64,000 nt of DNA from Octopus sinensis (GCF_006345805.1 NC_043002.1:76942001-77006000), one strand, 5' to 3'. Shown: positions 1 through 11,925, counted from the first letter of the stretch. A program made the numbers and translations. The notes: a model not told the origin generated them from the sequence alone.

Positions 1-655
1 TACTTTTTTCCAATAATTTTTACAAAAAAAAAAACGATTTTTGTAAAAATTATTCAACATTTTGTATGACTATGCAGAAATGCAGTCAATCATATATAAA
101 AAAAAAAGGAAAAAGAAATATTAGAAATAAGGTATAGTCTGAAAATGCTTCCTTAAAAGGAATGGTAAATGAAACCAAGTTGATAAACAGCATTATATAG
201 ATTTGCAATACCCAAGCAGATATGGATAGAGTGTTGCTAATTTGCCATTAACTGTGATTTGCTCTGAATAAAACAGCAGATTGACAGTGTCATTAAAGTA
301 TGAGACACAATGTCTTTTGGAATTTGTTCTAGCTCTCTGTACTCTGAGTTCAAAACCTGCTAGGATCAACTTTGCATTTCATCATTTAGGGTTGATAACT
401 AAAATATTGGCATAGTACTGAAATCCATTTTTCTATTTCTTTTTTCTCTCTGGAAGAAATTGGCTGGGATCAGGTTTAGACGTTGTAAACTGTGGTGATA
501 CTTCTTTAATGCCATCAGGAGTTGAGAATTCAAGACAAGGGACTGGATGAAATACTGACCATCAGTATTCTCTGTTATCAGGCAGCAGTTATGAGCTAAT
601 TCCTCAGTCTCTGTTTAGTCAATTGCCTTGCTAGAAATAACATCAAAATTCTCTT

Positions 656-893
656 AAAAACACCATCCGACCGTGGCTGTTTGCCAGCCTCGTCTGGCAC
701 CTGTGCCAGTGGCACGTAATAAGCGCCCACTACACTCACGGAGTGGTTGGTGTTAGGAAGGGCATCCAGCCGTAGAAACATTGCCAGATCAGACTGGGCC
801 TAATGCAGCCTTCTGGCTTCCCAGACCCCAGTTGAACCGTCAAACCCATGCTAGCATGGAAAGCGGACGCTAAATGATGATGATGATGATGAT
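656..893 (+). mobile_element. RTE-type LINE 3' tail fragment (family C) with (GAT)n end
   Basis: Ends ...GGTTGGTGTTAGGAAGGGCATCCAGCCGTAGAAAC...AACCCATGCTAGCATGGAAAGCGGACGCTAAATGATGATG. The same tail follows an RT C-terminus at 58358-58504. Confidence 0.85.
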
Positions 894-1666
894 TCCACTA
901 TTGTATTAGAAAAAAAAAGGAGAAAAAAAGTGGTAGGGACAGTCATACCAGATACATGTTTGATCATAAGTATACTCAATCAGAGCTGACATTGAGTTAG
1001 AAAACAACTATATCAGGTAGCACAGAAAGTTAAAAAGGGCATGGATGGACAAGTGGGGTGGAAAAAAAAACAGTATAGTATCCAGGTAGTGATGGGCATA
1101 TTCTGTCTTCAGAACTGTGTTACTTCATTAATCAACTACTAATTACTCAAATGACTATGTCCTTGAAAAGGACATAGTAACAGCACCAAGGAATGGATAG
1201 GGAAGAAGATGACAGAAAACATGATATTGGGAAAGATGGGTAAATAAAGGTTTACGTCTTTCTATGTGCATCCATACATGAACACTTCTCTAAGATAAGG
1301 ATTTTAACGATGATAAACGTTAATGTTATTACTTTAAAGAAAACACTACATCAGCTTCTCAAACAGCATCTATATACAGCACTGTAATATTTCACCCCTT
1401 AAGAAGGTGGTGAGCTGGCAGGATTATTAGATTAGAGACATTTTGTCTGTCTTTATGATTAGAGACATTTTGTCTGTCTTTATGTTCTGAGTCTAAACTC
1501 TGACAAGGTTTCTAAGGATAGATGCTCATCCTAATGCCAACCACTATATATTGTGTACTAGGTGCATTTTACATGGTGCCAGTATGGCTACCTTTTATGT
1601 GACACCAGCATGGGTGCTTTATATGAGGTACAAGTGTGGGTGGTACCTATGTGGCACTAGTACAAA

Positions 1667-1888
1667 TGCTTTTTACATGTACTTGGACACAACATGGCTT
1701 TCCAGAAATCTCACAACTTACCTATCATTAATAATGGCTTCTGATTTAGGCAGAAATCAATAATTTTGAGGGGAGGGGTTAAGTCAGTACCATTGCCTCT
1801 ATTACTTGACTGGTATTTTATTTTATCCATTCCTGAACATTGAAAGGCAAAGTTAACCTCAGCTAAATTATAGGAATATCAAGGATTT
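1667..1888 (+). repeat. Arm 1 of a local inverted duplication (partner 2841-3058)
   Basis: TTGGACACAACATGGCT...CATTAATAATGGCTTCTGATTTAGGCA...AAGTCAGTACCATTGCCTCTATTACTTGACTGGTATTTTATTTTAT...GAATATCAAGGATTT is present in reverse complement at 2841-3058. Confidence 0.9.
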
Positions 1889-2840
1889 TTTTGACTTTGC
1901 CTTTCATCTTTTTGGGATCAATAAAACAAGTACTAATTGAACACTGGGGGTAATCAACTTACCTGCTCCCTTGAACCTTCTAGCCTTGTGCCAAAATTCG
2001 AAATCAATATTTCATCACCTGAAGAATAAGAATATTACTACTATATAAATATCATTATTTCTAATTCTCTCTAAAAGAGACTACAGCAGCTGTACTGGAT
2101 ATTAATAGTTATCGCCAAGTTAACATGGCAGTCCAGAAAGATAGGACGAATACTGCCATTGATTAGCTCCAAGAAGCCATCGCCTCTAGCTAGCTATGTG
2201 ACACACAAACCTGTGTCCATTATAACCTTTGAACAGAGGAGGTCAGCAGCTTCCCCTTGCTGGTTTGATGCACGGATCATTACTACTTCTGATTAGTAAA
2301 AAAAAAAAAAAAAAAGAAAAGAAAAAAGGACAAATTGTTCAAGAGACACGAACCAATGAGGGACCTTTTTGTTGTTTGATATGCTGGAAATGGCAGCCAT
2401 GTTCTTTCAAGTCTCATTTACCATTCTTTGAAAATGGCTTATTGAATAAGATGATCCTGGATTCCCTGCAGGCAAAAGATGGCATGGTTATAAGTGAAAT
2501 ACCTTAATCAGGGCTAAACTAGGCAGTGGATTAGCTAGAGTGTGTACCATCTGCGGGACCCACCCCACTGCTTCATACAAGCTTATACGGTAGATCCCCA
2601 AAGTGGCATCATCATTAAAGTGATGTCTGGGGTGGACTATGTCCATTGTCCTCCTATAACTACACTGCTGAAACTGACTAACTAACAACTCTGATAATTC
2701 TAATAAGCAACCAAATTTTATAAGTTATGTATATGTGCATGTGTGTGGTGTGTGGTGTGTGCATGTGTGTGTGTGTGTGTGTGTGTGTGTTACCTGATGA
2801 CATAATCTAGTTAATGGATTTAATCTTGAATTTTTTTTTT

Positions 2841-3058
2841 AAATCCTTGATATTCTTATAATTAAGCTGAGGTCAACTTTGCCTTTCAGTGTTCAGGAGT
2901 GAATAAAATAAAATACCAGTCAAGTAATAGAGGCAATGGTACTGACTTAGCCCCCTCCCCTCAAAATTATTGCCTAAATCAGAAGCCATTATTAATGAGA
3001 GGTAAGATGTGAGATTTCTGGACAGCCATGTTGTGTCCAAATACACATAAAAAGAGCA
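2841..3058 (-). repeat. Arm 2 of a local inverted duplication (partner 1667-1888)
   Basis: Reverse complement of 1667-1888, about 90% identical by eye, lacking a 7-nt segment. Confidence 0.9.
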
Positions 3059-3226
3059 TGTGCAAGTGTCACACAGCTAACACCCTTGTTTATGCCTCTC
3101 TGGCTTACCAGTTCCAATCAAACCATCCATCTCATGCCAGCATGGAAAGCAGATGTTAAATGAGGATGATGATGATGATGGTGATGATGGTGATGGTAGT
3201 GGTGGTGGTGGTGGGGTTGTGTTGGT

Positions 3227-3456
3227 GGCGAGCTGGCAGAAACGTTAACATGCCGGGCAAAATGCTTTGCGGTATTTCGTCTGCTGCTACGTTCTGAGTT
3301 CAAATTCTGCTGAGGTTGACTTTGCCTTTCATCCTTTCGGGGTCGATTAAATAAGTACCAGTTATGCACTGGGGTCGATATAATCGACTTAATCCATTTG
3401 TCTGTCCTTGTTTGTCCTCTCTGTGTTTAGCTCCTTGCGGATAGAAAAGAAATAGG
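3227..3456 (+). mobile_element. tRNA-derived CORE-type SINE (family B)
   Basis: GGCGAGCTGGCAGAAACGTT head, box-B-like GAGTTCAAATTC, CORE-like GCCTTTCATCCTTTCGGGGTCGATTAAATAAGTACCAG, tail AAAGAAATAGG; more than 15 related copies in the window. Confidence 0.85.
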
Positions 3457-3779
3457 TGGTGGTGGTGGTGGTGGGTGTGGTGGTGGTGGTGGTGGTGGTA
3501 GTGATGATGATGATGAATTCTAAACCTTTTGCATTACAAATGTGACCAGTTGTTGGCTGCAGAAGCTGGAAAGCTAGAAATAACTTTGTTGACATAACAT
3601 ATGTTTGTGTAGATGTGTTATTTTATAGATTTTATGGATGTACCAGCATGCCTGCAGACTGTCATAACAGAGCTGGTGCCAACACCCAACTCAGCTTGCT
3701 TTCTTGAGATTAGAAAATTCTAAATTTCTAAATTTATTTATCTTGACTGTTTGTTGTTGCTATTGTTGTTTTAACCCCA

Positions 3780-3945
3780 GTTTAGCCCTGCTTGATCCAA
3801 CTTATGATCAGATTAATTCCAATCATGGTCATCCTGTCTTTTTCTATTGATAGTGAGCATCCAGATCAACATTATGCAACATATCATTCTATGTTAAGCA
3901 TGAAAGCATTTGACATGAGGGAAATTTAGCTGCTATTTCTAGCTC
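3780..3945 (+). repeat. Old unclassified interspersed repeat (family D)
   Basis: Ends GAGGGAAATTTAGCTGCTATTTCTAGC. Related degenerate copies near 20270-20330(-), 24020-24090(-), 35140-35335(+), 39440-39620(+), 45060-45260(-), 57470-57640(+). Confidence 0.5.
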
Positions 3946-3968
3946 CCGCTTTATACGATTTTTATATA

Positions 3969-4635
3969 TTGGGCTGGTGCATAATTATTGTGGCTTTTTT
4001 TCAACAAATTTTATTCAACAAAAACAATAACAACATGTAACAAAAACATCCTTAAATGATTATTCCGGAGCATAGGCGTAGGAGTGGCTGTGTGGTAAGT
4101 AGCTTGCTAACAAACCACATGGTTCCGGGTTCAGTCCCACTGCGTGGCATCTTGGGCAAGTGTCTTCTGCTATAGCCCCGGGCCGACCAATGCCTTGTGA
4201 GTGGATTTGGTAGACGGAAACTGAAAGAAGCCTGTCGTATATATGTATATATATATATGTGTGTGTGTTTGTGTGTCTGTGTTTGTCCCCCTAGCATTGC
4301 TTGACAACCGATGCTGGTGTGTTTATGTCTCCGTCACTTAGCGGTTCGGCAAAAGAGACCGATAGAATAAGTACTGGGCTTACAAAGAATAAGTCCCGGG
4401 GTCGATTTGCTCGACTAAAGGCGGTGCTCCAGTATGGCCGCAGTCAAATGACTGAAACAAGTAATAGAGTAATAGAGAATAGAGAGCATATTCCCCATCT
4501 ACTTCAATTACTGCTTCTCATTTGCTTGGCAGACGGTCAGACCGTCATTTAAAGATGTTTTTGTTAAATATTGTTATCGTTTTTTTTAAATAAAATTTGT
4601 TGAAAAAAAGCCGCAATAATTATGCACCAACCCAA
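3969..4635. mobile_element. Mariner-derived MITE with ~90-bp inverted arms, split by a SINE
   Basis: TA|TTGGGCTGGTGCATAATTATTGTGG ... CCGCAATAATTATGCACCAACCCAA|TA. With the SINE removed, the interior reads RLPSK*EAVIEVDGEYAPE* on the minus strand (mariner transposase C-terminus). Confidence 0.85.
4075..4483 (+). mobile_element. tRNA-derived SINE family A, full length, 7-bp TSD
   Basis: GGCGTAGGAGTGGCTGTGTGGTAAG...GGTTCCGGGTTCAGTCCC head, internal (TA)n(TG)n, tail ACTGAAACAAGTAATAGAG; TSD GAGCATA at 4068-4074 and 4484-4490. Confidence 0.92.
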
Positions 4636-4818
4636 TAATTGCTGTTATAAACGAAGTGCTTTTTCTTTACATATCTTTGTGTTGTATGTAGAAAATACAG
4701 TGTATAATATGTCCTGTTCTGTGATTGTGAGGAAGTATATCTAGTAAGATATAAGTTTCTCAAATGTAACTTGCATTTAGATGTTTGCAATTATTGAACT
4801 TGTAAGATTACAGAAACA

Positions 4819-5047
4819 CGAGCTGGTAGAAACGTTAGTATGCTGGGCAAAATGCTTAGCAGTATTTCATCTGTCGTTATGTTCTGAGTTCAAATTTTGC
4901 CGAAGTCGACTTTGCCTTTCATCCTTTCGGGTCGATTAAATAAGTATCAGTTATGCACCAGGGTCAATATAATCGACTTAATCTGCTTGTCTGTCCTTGT
5001 TTGTTCCCTCTGTGTGTAGCTCCCTGTGGGCCGTAAAGAAATAAGAA
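4819..5047 (+). mobile_element. SINE family B
   Basis: Colinear with 3227-3456; flanked by AGAAACAC direct repeats. Confidence 0.85.
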
Positions 5048-5563
5048 ACACATTGGATAGTTTGTATTAATGTTAGATGTTTTGTTTGTGACAGTGTTGT
5101 GCGTGTGCATGGTAAGTAAGTAGTTGTTATAGTTCGTTCTTATCATGGTATAATGATAACTGAGTTTGTCCCTGGTTTTTCACACAAAGCACTGTTTAAT
5201 AGTGTCTCTGAGAAACCCTTTATGGCTAAAATGTATCTAACTTTTGTAATGAAAAGACAAGTTACTACTAAAATACAACTGTGTGTGTGTGTGATTGTGA
5301 ATGTGTACAAGAGAAAGGTTTTCCTTTCCCAAACATAAAGAAAGGCATTAAATTCTCCTTTCTGGTTACAGAGCCAAAACAAATGAATCTAATTAATCAC
5401 CTTTAACTTGTCTACAAAGGACAGATATCTATTTTCAGTCAGATAAACCAGTACAGGTAAAATGAACGAGATGCCAATAGATACAATGAAACATCAAGAA
5501 GGGGACAAAAATTCATGACCTGTGAATTGGTTCCCCATGGCCACCTTTGTTGGTTTTGTATCT

Positions 5564-5950
5564 AGGCATGGCTGTGTGTTAAGAAGTTTGCTTCCCAACC
5601 ACATGGTTCTGGGATCAGCCTCATTGTGTGTAACCTTGGCCAAGTATCTTCTACTACAGCTCTGGGCTGACCAAAGCCTTGTGAGTGAATTTGGTAGACA
5701 GAAATTGAAAGAAGCCCATCATATATATGTGTGTGTGTGTGTACGGGTGTGTGTGTGTGTGTGTATGTGTGTGTGTGTGTGTGTGTGAGTGTGTGTTTGT
5801 GGGTGTGTCTTTGTGCCTGTGTTCATCTCCCACCATCACTTAACAACTGTTGGTACATTTATGCCTCTGTAACTTAACAGTTCAGCAAAAGAGACTGACA
5901 GAATAAGCAGCATGGCTGTAATCTAATGACTGAAACAAGTAAGCAATAAA
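5564..5950 (+). mobile_element. SINE family A (diverged)
   Basis: Colinear with 4075-4483; long internal (TG)n. Confidence 0.85.
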
Positions 5951-6004
5951 AAATATATGCAAGCACATGATCAGAGACTGCTTACCCATCTTGTTTTTAT
6001 TTAC

Positions 6005-6840
6005 AATGAGGTCGATCAACATCAGGGCCCCCGTGCAGGTGACACGTAAAAGTACCATCCGTTCGTAGCCATTCACCAGCCTGGCCTGGCCCCCGTGCCG
6101 GTGACACGTAAAAGTACCATCCGTTTGTGGCCGTTTGCCAGCTCTGTCTGGCCCCCGTGCCGGTGACACGTAAAAGCACCATCCATTCGTGGCCGTTTGC
6201 TAGCTCTGTCTGGCCCCCGTGCTGGTGACACGTAAAAGCACCATCCGTTTGTGGCCGTTTGCCAGCCCTGTCTGGCCCCCATGTCGGTGACATGTAAAAG
6301 CACCATCCGTTCGTGTCCGTTGCCAGCCTCGCCTGGACCCCGTGCCGGTGACACGTAAAAGCACCATCCGTTCGTGGCCGTTTGCCAGCCCTGTCTGGCC
6401 CCCATGTCGGTGGCATGTAAAAGCACCATCCGTTCGTGCCCGTTGCCAGCCTCGCCTGGCCCCCGTGCTGGTGACACGTAAAAGCACCATCCGTTTCGTG
6501 GCCGTTTGCCAGCTCTGTCTGGCCCCCGTGTTGGTGGCACGTAAAAGCACCATCCGTTCGTGTCCGTTGCCAGCCTCGCCTGGCCCCGTGCCGGTGACAT
6601 GTAAAAGCACCATCCGTTCGTGGCCGTTTGCCAGCTCTGTCTGGCACCTGTGCAGGTGGCACGTAAAAAGCATCCACTACACTCACGGAGTGGTTGGCGT
6701 TAGGAAGGGCATCCAGCCGTAGAAACACCGCCAGATCTGACTGGGCCTGATGAAGCCTTCCAGCTTCACAGACCCCAGTTGAACCATCCAACCCATGCTA
6801 GCATGGAGAACGGACGCTAAATGATGATGATGATGATGAT
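6005..6840 (+). mobile_element. RTE 3'-tail element with an internal array of ten ~61-bp units
   Basis: The motif CACGTAAAAGCACCATCCGTTCGTG recurs about every 61-62 bp from ~6042 to ~6658, followed by the family C tail and (GAT)n. Confidence 0.9.
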
Positions 6841-6851
6841 CTTCATAGAGA

Positions 6852-7477
6852 AGGTGGTGAGCTGGCAAAAACATTAGCACACCGGGTGAAATGCTTAGCG
6901 GTATTTCATCTGTCTTTACATTCTGAGTTCAAATTCTGCTGAGGTCAATTTTTACTTTCATCCTTTCGGGGTCGATAAATTAAGTACAGGTTGTGTACTG
7001 GGGTTGATCTAATCAACTGGCCCCCTTACCCCAAGAAATTTCGGGCCTTATGCCTAGAGTAGAAAAGATTAATTTTAAGGTGGCAAGCTGGCAGAAACGT
7101 TAACGCGCTGGGTGAAATGTGTAGCCATATTTCGTCTGCCGTTATGTTCTGAGTTCAAATTCTGCCGAGGTCGACTTTGCCTTTCATCCTTTCAGGGTCG
7201 ATAGATTAAGTACCAGTTACGCACTGGGGTCGATGTAATCGACTTAATCTGTTTGTCTGTCCTTGTTTGTCCTCTCTGTGTTTAGCCCCTTGTGGGTAGT
7301 AAAGAAATAGGTATTTCATCTGTCTTTATGTTCTGAGTACAAATTCTGCCACGGTCAACTTTTCCTTTCATCCCTTCAGGGTCGATAAATTAAGTACCAG
7401 TTATGTACTGGAGTTAGTCTAGTCGACTGGCCCCCTCCCCCAAAATTTTGGGCCTTGTGCCTAGAGTAAAAACAAAT
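6852..7477 (+). mobile_element. Head-to-tail trimer of family B SINEs with a single 13-bp TSD
   Basis: Three CORE blocks with two alternative tails; TSD ATCTTCATAGAGA at 6839-6851 and 7478-7490. Confidence 0.85.
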
Positions 7478-7559
7478 ATCTTCATAGAGATTATTTGGGT
7501 TGGATATGGTTGGTTCAAATGTTAAAAGGTTATATAATAGACGTTAAAAGGTTAAATAT

Positions 7560-7723
7560 AGGTATAAGAGTGGCTGTGTGGTAAGTAGCTTGCTTACTAA
7601 CTACATGGTTCCGGGTTCAGTTCCGCTGCATGGCACTTTGGGCAAGTGTCTTCTACTATAGTCTTGGACTGACCAAAACCTTGTGAGTGGATTTGGTAGA
7701 CGGAAACTGAAAGAAGCCCATCG

Positions 7724-7754
<31 letters not shown>

Positions 7755-7995
7755 ATTTTTATATATATATGTATATGTATGTGTGTATATGTTTGTGTGT
7801 CTGTGTTTGTCCCCCCAACATCGCTTGACAACCGATACTGGTGTTTACATCCCCGTAACTTAATGGTTCGGCAAAAGAGACCGATAGAATAAGTACTAGG
7901 CTTACAAAGAATAAGCTCTGGGATCGATTAGCTCGACTAAAGGTGGTGCGCCAGCATGGCTGCAGTCAAATGACTGAAACAAGTAAAAGAGTAAG
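7560..7995 (+). mobile_element. SINE family A
   Basis: Colinear with 4075-4483. Confidence 0.9.
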
Positions 7996-8200
7996 ACCCT
8001 TCTATCTTAAAAATAAAATAAAATAAAATTGACACATAGGATAATCTTAGATAATCTCTATCTAAAAAATATTAAAAAAAAGTAAAACATGATCATTGCT
8101 GGAATGCCTTGTGACCATAGATCTACTGTAATTTAGTGAGTGACTTGTTGGAAACTTGCAACCATCAATACTATTGTTCACCTGTTGGTATATAAAATAA

Positions 8201-8235
<35 letters not shown>

Positions 8236-8262
8236 ATAGATAGATAGATAAATAAATAAATA

Positions 8263-8410
8263 AGGAGTGGCTGTGTGTAAGAAGCTTGCTTCCCAATCAC
8301 ATAGTTTCAGGTTCAGTCCCACTGCATGGTATCTTGGGCAAGTGTCTTCTAGCCTTGGGCTGACCAAAGCCTTGTGAGTGGATTTGGGAGAGGGAAACTG
8401 AAAAAAGCCC

Positions 8411-8454
<44 letters not shown>

Positions 8455-8650
8455 TGTTTGTATGTCTATGTTTTGTCTCCCCACTATCGCTTGACAACCG
8501 ATGTTGGTGTATTTATGTTCCCATAACTTAGCGATTCAGCAGAAGAGACCGATAGAATAAGTACTAGGCTTACAAAGAATAAGTCCTGTTCAACTAATGG
8601 CAGTGCCCCAGCATGGCTGCAGTCAAATGACCGAAACAAGTAAAAAAGTA
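8263..8650 (+). mobile_element. SINE family A, preceded by (TAAA)n/(TAGA)n at 8195-8262
   Basis: Colinear with 4075-4483. Confidence 0.88.
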
Positions 8651-10099
8651 AATGAAAGTTAGTTTTTATGCTGTGTTCTGAACAAGGACTAATTACGAAA
8701 ACTCTTTTGAGATAAAAGTAAAGAATAATTTAAGGGTTTTGCGCAAGTTCAGAAAATGATGGCGCTTCAAAAAAATTAGCCAAGGTACACAGGAAATACA
8801 AGTGTAGATATATTATTAATTACTTATTAACAGGTAATATAGTAGGATATCACCATCACTGCCACCAGCAATGACCATCCATCTCTATCACCTCCATCAC
8901 CACTCCACTACCTCCACCACTGAGCCGGCAATAGGTTTATAGCTTTTGCAACTTATGTATACACATCGATGAAGAAGAAACTTACTGCTGTGGACAAATG
9001 TCAAGAACTATTGACTCACCACCAAGCATGTGACATTTGAAGTGTAGTCACTATTTTGGTTTCACAAAAAACACTAAAATAAAAATATTTGGCTCTGTGA
9101 ATATCATGAAAGGAGGCAGCTCTGTTTATTTATACTTCTTTTTTTCTCCAACCTGAAAATCTGCTGGCGTTGGCAGTTGCAAACTCAAGTGTAATAATCT
9201 CTTCCTATTTCATACTAACTTTAGCCAGCTTCTTTACCAGATTTCAGCTTCCCACTGCTCTACCTGGATATATTTATTATTTTAAATATCACAAGTTCCT
9301 CCCCATTCTTACACAGAACACACATGCTACAGAATAGTGTAAACTTAAAAGCTAACACCACCTCTACTTTCTCAATCACAGAGTATAAAGGGAAAATAAT
9401 ACATTAACAAAGAAACTTAAATACAGAATGTTTTAATGCCATTCAGTATTTAACAATGTCAATTTAGGTCCCTCTAATTACTGACAAGCTTTCATTACCA
9501 GCCTGCCCAATAAAATATCCAACCAAACATCAGTATTGACCACAAGTATGTTATTTTCAGCTATACATGCTCTACCATGAGAAAAACATAGCTTTAGAAA
9601 TGTAACATTCATGTTTACCTCAGTATTTCAGCGGTATTTCAGCAGGATCTTATGTATTAAATCTATCCTCTCCCCTACTCAAGTTCTATTATTAGAACAA
9701 TTTTCTGTTATTGTTCTTTATTTTCTTATTTCTTTCTCTTTCTTTGTTCATTCCCTTTTCTTTTTTATGAACTAATTACTCGAAATTCTTGTACAGTGAC
9801 AGACACAACACATTCAATTGACATGTTTTATTTTTCACCATTCAGCTTGAAATTAGACAAAAATAATAATCTTTTGATTAAAAACAAATCTCTTGTCAAT
9901 AAATGTCATTTTGACAAAACCTAAATTTACATAAAATGGGAATTTTTTTCTCTCCTTTTCTAATATTTTTACCATAATACTATTTTTTTTTGATATGGTA
10001 AAGTTTTTTTAGCTAACCATTTTCTCAGCTGGATGGGGTTGTTGATCATCATGGAAAGAACTCACAAAATATTTGCTTGAAAGATTCATGAAAATATTT

Positions 10100-10590
10100 G
10101 TGCAGTAAGAAGCTTGCTTCCCAGCCACATGGTTCCAGGTTCAGTCCCACTATGTGGCATCTTGGTCAAGTGTCTTCTACTATAGCCTCAGGCCGACCAA
10201 AGCCTTTGGTAGACAGAAACTGAAAGAAGCCTGTCAATTACATATATATGTATGTCCCCCTATTACCACTTGACAACTGGTGTTAGTGTGTTTATGCCCC
10301 CATAACTGAACAGTTCAGCAAAAGAGACCAATAGAATAAGTTCTAGGTTTTTAAAAAAATTTTTAATTGGGTTGATTTATTCAGCTAAAACTCTTCAAGG
10401 CAGAGGTCCACCATGGCCACAGTTAAATGACTGAAACAAATAAAAGAATAAAATAATTTTAAAAATAGGTACAGACATGGCTGTGTATTTATGAAGTTCA
10501 TTTTGCAACCACATGGTTTCAGATTCAGACTCACTGAACTATAGCCCCAGGCTGACCAATACCTTGTGAATGAAACTGGTTGATGGAAAC
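10100..10590 (+). mobile_element. SINE family A (10100-10450) plus a truncated second copy (10470-10590)
   Basis: Colinear blocks; the second copy stops at GATGGAAAC where the 42-bp array begins. Confidence 0.8.
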
Positions 10591-11200
10591 AGAGGCAAGG
10601 TGGCTGAGTTTCTTTCAAGTGGGCCTCACGGAGGTGAGGTGGCTGAGTTCCTTTTGAGCAGTGGACCTCATGGAGGCAAAGTGGCAGAGCTCCTTTTGAG
10701 TGTTTGGCTTCATGGAGGTGAGGTAGCCGAGTTCCTTTTGAGCATTGGGCCTCATGGAGGCAAAGTGGCAGAGCTCCTTTTGAGTGTTTGGCTTCACAGA
10801 GGTGAGGTAGCCGAGTTCCTTTTGAGCATTGGGCCTCATGGAGGCAAAGTGGCTGAACTCCTTTTGAGTGTTTGGCTTCACGGAGGTGAGGTAGCCAAGT
10901 TCCTTTTGAGCATGAAGCCTCATGGAGGCAAAGTGGCAGAGCTCCTTTTGAGTGTTTGGCTTCACAGAGGTGAGGTAGCCGAGTTCCTTTTGAGCATTGG
11001 GCCTCATGGAGGCAAAGTGGCAGAGCTCCTTTTGAGTGTTTGGCTTCACAGAGGTGAGGTTGCCGAGTTCCTTTTGAGCATTGGGCCTCATGGAGGCAAA
11101 GTGGCTGAACTCCTTTTGAGTGTTTGGCTTCACAAAGGTGAGGTAGCCGAGTTCCTTTCGAGTGTTAGGCTTCATGATGGCAAAGTGGCTGAGCTCCTTG
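10591..11200. repeat. Minisatellite with a 42-bp subunit and 84-bp dimer, about 7 dimers
   Basis: GGAGGCAAAG at 10672, 10756, 10840, 10924, 11008, 11092 alternates with GAGGTGAGGT. The period is a multiple of 3, which produces the 221-aa and 214-aa ORFs on opposite strands. Confidence 0.95.
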
Positions 11201-11483
11201 TGCCTATAGTAGAAAGGATTAAGGCAGCAAGCTGACAGAATCATCAGTGTATCAGACACAACTGCTCAGTGGTATTTCTTCCAGCTCATTATACTCTGAG
11301 TTCAGAGTTCAAATTCCACCAAAATCAACTTCACTTTTCATCTTTACAGGATTGATGAAATAAGTTCCAGTTGAGCACTGGGGTTGATAGAATTTACTTA
11401 CCCCACCCATCCCCACCCCACTGACTGATTTACTGACCTTGTGCCAAAATTTCAAACCATTACTATTATTAATTTATATGGCA

Positions 11484-11925
11484 CAGGCGTAGCTGTGTGA
11501 TAAGAAGCTTGCTTTCCAGCCACATGGTTCCGAGTTCAGTCCCACTGCATGGCATCTTGGGCAAGTGTCTTCTACTTTAGCCTTGGACCAACCAAGGTCT
11601 TGTAAGTGGATTTGGTAGAAAGAAGCCTGTTGTGTGTGTGTGTGCGTGTGTGTGAGTCTCTGTGTGTGTCTATGTGTCTATGTGTGCATGTGTCTTTGTG
11701 TCTGTATTTGTCCCCCCCTTCACACACACATCGCTTGACAACTGATGTTGGTTTGTTTACGTCCCTGTAACTTAGTGTTCAGCAAAGGAGATTGATAGAA
11801 TAAGTACTAGTCTAAAAATAAAATGTCCTGGGGTCAATTTGTTCAACTAAAATCCTTCCCTTCAAGGCAGTGCCCCAGCATGGCCACAGTCAAATGACTG
11901 AAACTAGTAAAAGATAAAAGATAAA
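11484..11925 (+). mobile_element. SINE family A
   Basis: Colinear with 4075-4483. Confidence 0.88.

Noticed and set aside
1431-1484. 27-bp exact tandem duplication
   Set aside because: Real but trivial slippage inside an old SINE B remnant.
6028-6660. CRISPR-like array
   Set aside because: Units are contiguous with no unique spacers, the context is eukaryotic, and there are no cas genes.
5997-6791. 264-aa, 175-aa and 157-aa ORFs
   Set aside because: Out-of-frame translations of the 61-bp array and RTE tail.
10570-11259. 221-aa and 214-aa ORFs as real repeat proteins
   Set aside because: Explained by a 3n-period minisatellite; no splice or promoter context; kept only as a repeat finding.
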